Virus record (IMG/VR): IMGVR_UViG_3300026963_000002
Length of the DNA stretch: 20,000 nt
Strand: one strand, 5' to 3'
Origin: an uncultured virus (IMG/VR IMGVR_UViG_3300026963_000002)
Taxonomy: Duplodnaviria > Heunggongvirae > Uroviricota > Caudoviricetes > Thumleimavirales > Hafunaviridae
In this document: piece after piece, positions 17,485 through 20,000 of the stretch
How positions within the stretch are numbered: the stretch's first letter is position 1
How the letters are laid out: each line of letters starts with the position of its first letter
The notes under the pieces: generated by a model
The model's input: the letters and a program-made list of their open reading frames with translations, nothing else
Database searches by the model: none
What the model was told of the DNA's origin: nothing
Translations under genes and position numbers: made by a program

Positions 17485-19101
17485 CTACACGACTTCTTCG
17501 AGACCACCGAAGTCGTTTGTCTGAGTGCTAAAGACGAATAGAAGACAGTCGCCGTTGTGGAGGTTGATCTTCTGGAGATGAATGTGGTCTAAATTCCCGT
17601 TTCGCTCCAGAACTTTGTCTCGAATCCGTTGGTTGCGTTCTGAATCAAATCGGCCCCCATCAATAGGTTTGATTTGCTGTTGTTCTTCGTCAATTCCGCC
17701 GACTAACAGGCGCGTATCCCCGTGAATTTCCTTTGAGATTCGATCTGCAATCTGGTCTTCATCGTCGACGCTCGTGAACCAGTCTCGCGCTTTGAACTCG
17801 ATAACGGTATCCTCATCGCGCAAAATGACTCCCTCGGCATCCAGCTTTTTGGCGTATTTCTCTGCTAACTGATTGAAGAAATGACTGAGCGGGGATTCTA
17901 CCCACTCTGAAACGACGGAGAAGATAACATAGGAGAGGATATTGGTGAGTTGGTCGCTGGTTCCTGCCTTCTGCATCCGCTCATAGACGAGGTTCAGCTT
18001 TTCTAAGTCCTGAGCGTCTGTCTCGTTGAATATCTCGAAGCACCCGACTTTGAATGCGTCTTTGGAAAATGGCCTACCAGCGTGGTATATTTGCGTCTCA
18101 GTTCCGTCGTTGAACTGACGGACGAGATCGACGAGCCACGACTCTGCCATCTCGATTTTGTTGCTGGCAAAGGCGATATTGAAATCGTCATGCTCTTTCA
18201 GAACGAGGTTGCGTCCGTTCTTACCTTCGGTGACGCAGTTTTTGTTGTCGTATAATTTCGACTGGAACGGCTCCATCGAGCTGGCGACCTGATTGAAGTG
18301 TTCTCGATAGGACTTGACCTCGTAGTAGAGACTATGGAAGTCTTGTAGAAACTCCTCTGTATCGTCGTACAACCGATTTCCGAACTTCACCTGAGTCACG
18401 CTATACTCGTTATTTGGAGTTCGTAGTACCCCCTCGATGAGTTCGTAATCACCTTCGGGTAGGAGGAATTTCTCCTCAAATTCATCTCTGGTATATTGGA
18501 ACGCACAAGTGGAGCTGTCTATCTCGGTGAATATCTGAACTTCACCAGCATCTCTGTACGCGATTTGATTGTCGCTAATTCCGAGCCAGCCTGAGAGTGA
18601 TTTCGTCTGATGGCGCTCGTAGTGTCGGACGATGGTTTCTCCGTCCTGCTGACGAAATTCAGCGTACTTGTTCACGTTGTCGGTGTCAAGTAGGCGCTCG
18701 ATCACGTCGACGTTCTTCGTGATCGATTTCTCTTTCGAGTCAGTATGACAAATAAAGATAGAGTCAGCAGTAACGATGAGGACAGCGTATTTCCCTTCTT
18801 GCCGGGCGCTGGTCATCATGTTACTACAAAAGTCGTTGACCAGCATAGCACAGCTTTGGTCGTCATGCTCAGGATAGGTGTTGAAAATCGACTCGATGAG
18901 CATTTCCGGGTTAGGTTCCATATCCAGCTCTGAGAAGTGGTGTTCCCCGGTCTGTGCCTCGAACCCATCGAGGACTTCGTTGAAATTCTGTACCGGCTCT
19001 GATTCGGTGATTGTCCGGTTGTGGAGGTCGGAGCTTTGTATCTCCCGATAGTAGACGTAGATCGGGCTTACACTTCTCTCAAAGAGATGTGATTGCTCCA
19101 T
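17485..19101 (-). CDS. 538-aa protein with C-terminal Schlafen/AlbA_2-like domain
   Basis: EDTVIEFK (E-x4-E-x-K, 17791-17814) followed by a helix, RLLVGGIDE and a final hydrophobic strand; large unassigned N-terminal region. Start codon uncertain. Confidence 0.65.
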   Translation of the reverse strand: MEQSHLFERSVSPIYVYYREIQSSDLHNRTITESEPVQNFNEVLDGFEAQTGEHHFSELDMEPNPEMLIESIFNTYPEHDDQSCAMLVNDFCSNMMTSARQEGKYAVLIVTADSIFICHTDSKEKSITKNVDVIERLLDTDNVNKYAEFRQQDGETIVRHYERHQTKSLSGWLGISDNQIAYRDAGEVQIFTEIDSSTCAFQYTRDEFEEKFLLPEGDYELIEGVLRTPNNEYSVTQVKFGNRLYDDTEEFLQDFHSLYYEVKSYREHFNQVASSMEPFQSKLYDNKNCVTEGKNGRNLVLKEHDDFNIAFASNKIEMAESWLVDLVRQFNDGTETQIYHAGRPFSKDAFKVGCFEIFNETDAQDLEKLNLVYERMQKAGTSDQLTNILSYVIFSVVSEWVESPLSHFFNQLAEKYAKKLDAEGVILRDEDTVIEFKARDWFTSVDDEDQIADRISKEIHGDTRLLVGGIDEEQQQIKPIDGGRFDSERNQRIRDKVLERNGNLDHIHLQKINLHNGDCLLFVFSTQTNDFGGLEEVV

Positions 19102-19284
19102 AGGCGATGTTCTTCGCTAACGATTTTGTTGGCTTCAAGAAAAAACTTGGTAGTTGACTGATCTTCTGACGGGTGAGATTTTGGTGTTCAGTCGGAGGGT
19201 GTCGGTAAGGATGAAGTCGTAACTTCCCACCGAGTTTGTGGAAATCGGGTGATACTGGCACGGCATCCGGGCCTATACCCGTAG

Positions 19285-19296
19285 TTTATTTATAAG
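19285..19296. promoter_or_regulatory. AT-rich TATA-like element (TTTATTTATAAG), possibly bidirectional
   Basis: Only strong TATA-like box between the Schlafen-like gene and the att site. Confidence 0.45.
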
Positions 19297-19384
19297 CAGG
19301 TGTGTAAGTAGAGGGTAGAGAAGTACGCAACGTGGGGCCTACCGGCAGATTTAGCCCCTTTACCGCCGCCGCAGGCGGCTACGG

Positions 19385-19436
19385 AAGCGCGTCCTTGGTA
19401 AGGACGAGACCCCGGATTCAAATTCCGGCCTAGGCT
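19385..19436 (+). other. 3' fragment of tRNA-Thr(GGT): probable attR core
   Basis: Anticodon arm CGTCC-TTGGTAA-GGACG (GGT at 19397-19399), T arm CCGGA-TTCAAAT-TCCGG, acceptor 3' strand CCTAGGC+T; no canonical 5' half at the normal spacing. Confidence 0.85.
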
Positions 19437-19513
19437 CTTCCTGCGGAACTGTGTGACGAGCAGCCGCCGCAGTCGGAGTTCAACTCAGTCGCAGCGCGAC
19501 CGCCTGACGACGC

Positions 19514-19526
19514 TCAAATTCCGGCC
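19514..19526 (+). repeat. 13-bp direct repeat (TCAAATTCCGGCC) of the tRNA 3' region 19418-19430
   Basis: Exact match seen in the sequence, 96 nt downstream of the first copy. Confidence 0.7.
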
Positions 19527-19565
19527 GGCACTTTCCGTTCGACGCGAAACCGAGTAGCGACGCGG

Positions 19566-20000
19566 CTACTCGGAGATGCCGTACGTGTCGCCGGTCCAGT
19601 CCCGCGCAGGGAAGTCGTAGACGGGCTGGTGGTGGTCGATGTCGTCGATGCGGGCGCGGTCCTCGTCGTCGAGTTCGAAGTCGAGGACGTCAAGGTTCGC
19701 GCGGACGTGCTCGGGCGTCGAGGACTTCGGGAGCGGGACGACATCGTTGTCGATGGCCCACCGGAGGACGACCGCGGCGGGCGAGCGGTCGTACTTCTCG
19801 GCGACCGCCTGCACGGTGTCGTCGTCGAACACCTCGGTGCGCGCGAGCGGCGCGGCGGCCTCGACGACGGTGTCGGTCTCGCGGCAGTAGTCGACCACGT
19901 TGTCTTGGGTGTTCCACGGGTGGTACTCGATCTGGTTGACGGCGATGGGGACGTCGCTGACGTGGCGGGCGCAGCTGAGCTGGTAGGCGCTGAAGTTCGA
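19566..20000 (-). CDS. Host aldo/keto reductase, C-terminal part (extends beyond the window)
   Basis: Frame open from 20000: SNF...VNQIEYHPW...PL...SPAAVVLRW...LPKSS.PEHVRANL..LDFELD; very GC-rich host-type codons. Confidence 0.9.
   Translation of the reverse strand, partial: SNFSAYQLSCARHVSDVPIAVNQIEYHPWNTQDNVVDYCRETDTVVEAAAPLARTEVFDDDTVQAVAEKYDRSPAAVVLRWAIDNDVVPLPKSSTPEHVRANLDVLDFELDDEDRARIDDIDHHQPVYDFPARDWTGDTYGISE

Larger units (their letters stand above)
1..19436. mobile_element. Right part of an integrated haloarchaeal myovirus-like provirus (continues left of the window), ending at a tRNA-Thr att site
   Basis: Contiguous baseplate/tail-fibre genes, a viral-context RNR, an accessory block, then a 3' tRNA fragment followed by an abrupt switch to very GC-rich host-like sequence. 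No integrase is seen in the window. Confidence 0.85.

Noticed and set aside
19079..19266. Small ORF(s) or a frameshifted upstream gene before the Schlafen-like gene (60-aa track ORF; 43-aa MPCQYHP... ORF ending near a T6 run)
   Set aside because: Non-acidic composition, no recognisable motif and overlapping frames; cannot be supported without homologues.
19337..19436. Complete or intron-containing functional tRNA-Thr
   Set aside because: The acceptor stem pairs only 5 bp contiguously, no GCTT D-stem strand is available for AAGC, and no convincing bulge-helix-bulge was seen.
1..20000. CRISPR array or IS element
   Set aside because: No regularly spaced direct repeats and no transposase-like ORF were seen.

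Overview
This window is the right end of a haloarchaeal head-tail (myovirus-type) provirus plus its junction with the host chromosome; the proteins are very acidic and the promoters are TATA-type. 1-6181 is a contractile-tail baseplate and fibre module: spike, PAAR tip, wedge proteins, baseplate J, tail fibre and a Gly-rich gp38-like adhesin. 6203-10274 holds a hypothetical gene, a DUF6065-like gene, an unlisted 45-aa membrane ORF and a class II ribonucleotide reductase, around a structured intergenic region with two near-identical outward-facing promoters. 10317-19101 is a visibly more AT-rich cargo block with the look of a defence island: a Zn-ribbon/PD-(D/E)xK protein, a TBP homologue split by one amber codon, a type IIG restriction-modification enzyme, three small proteins, and a 538-aa protein with a C-terminal Schlafen/AlbA_2-like nuclease motif. 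19385-19436 is the 3' part of tRNA-Thr(GGT), the likely attR, followed by a GC-rich host aldo/keto reductase. The best candidates for something new are the Schlafen-like fusion next to a tRNA-like att region and the R-M/TBP/nuclease cluster. All family assignments come from recognising motifs by eye; no database search was run.
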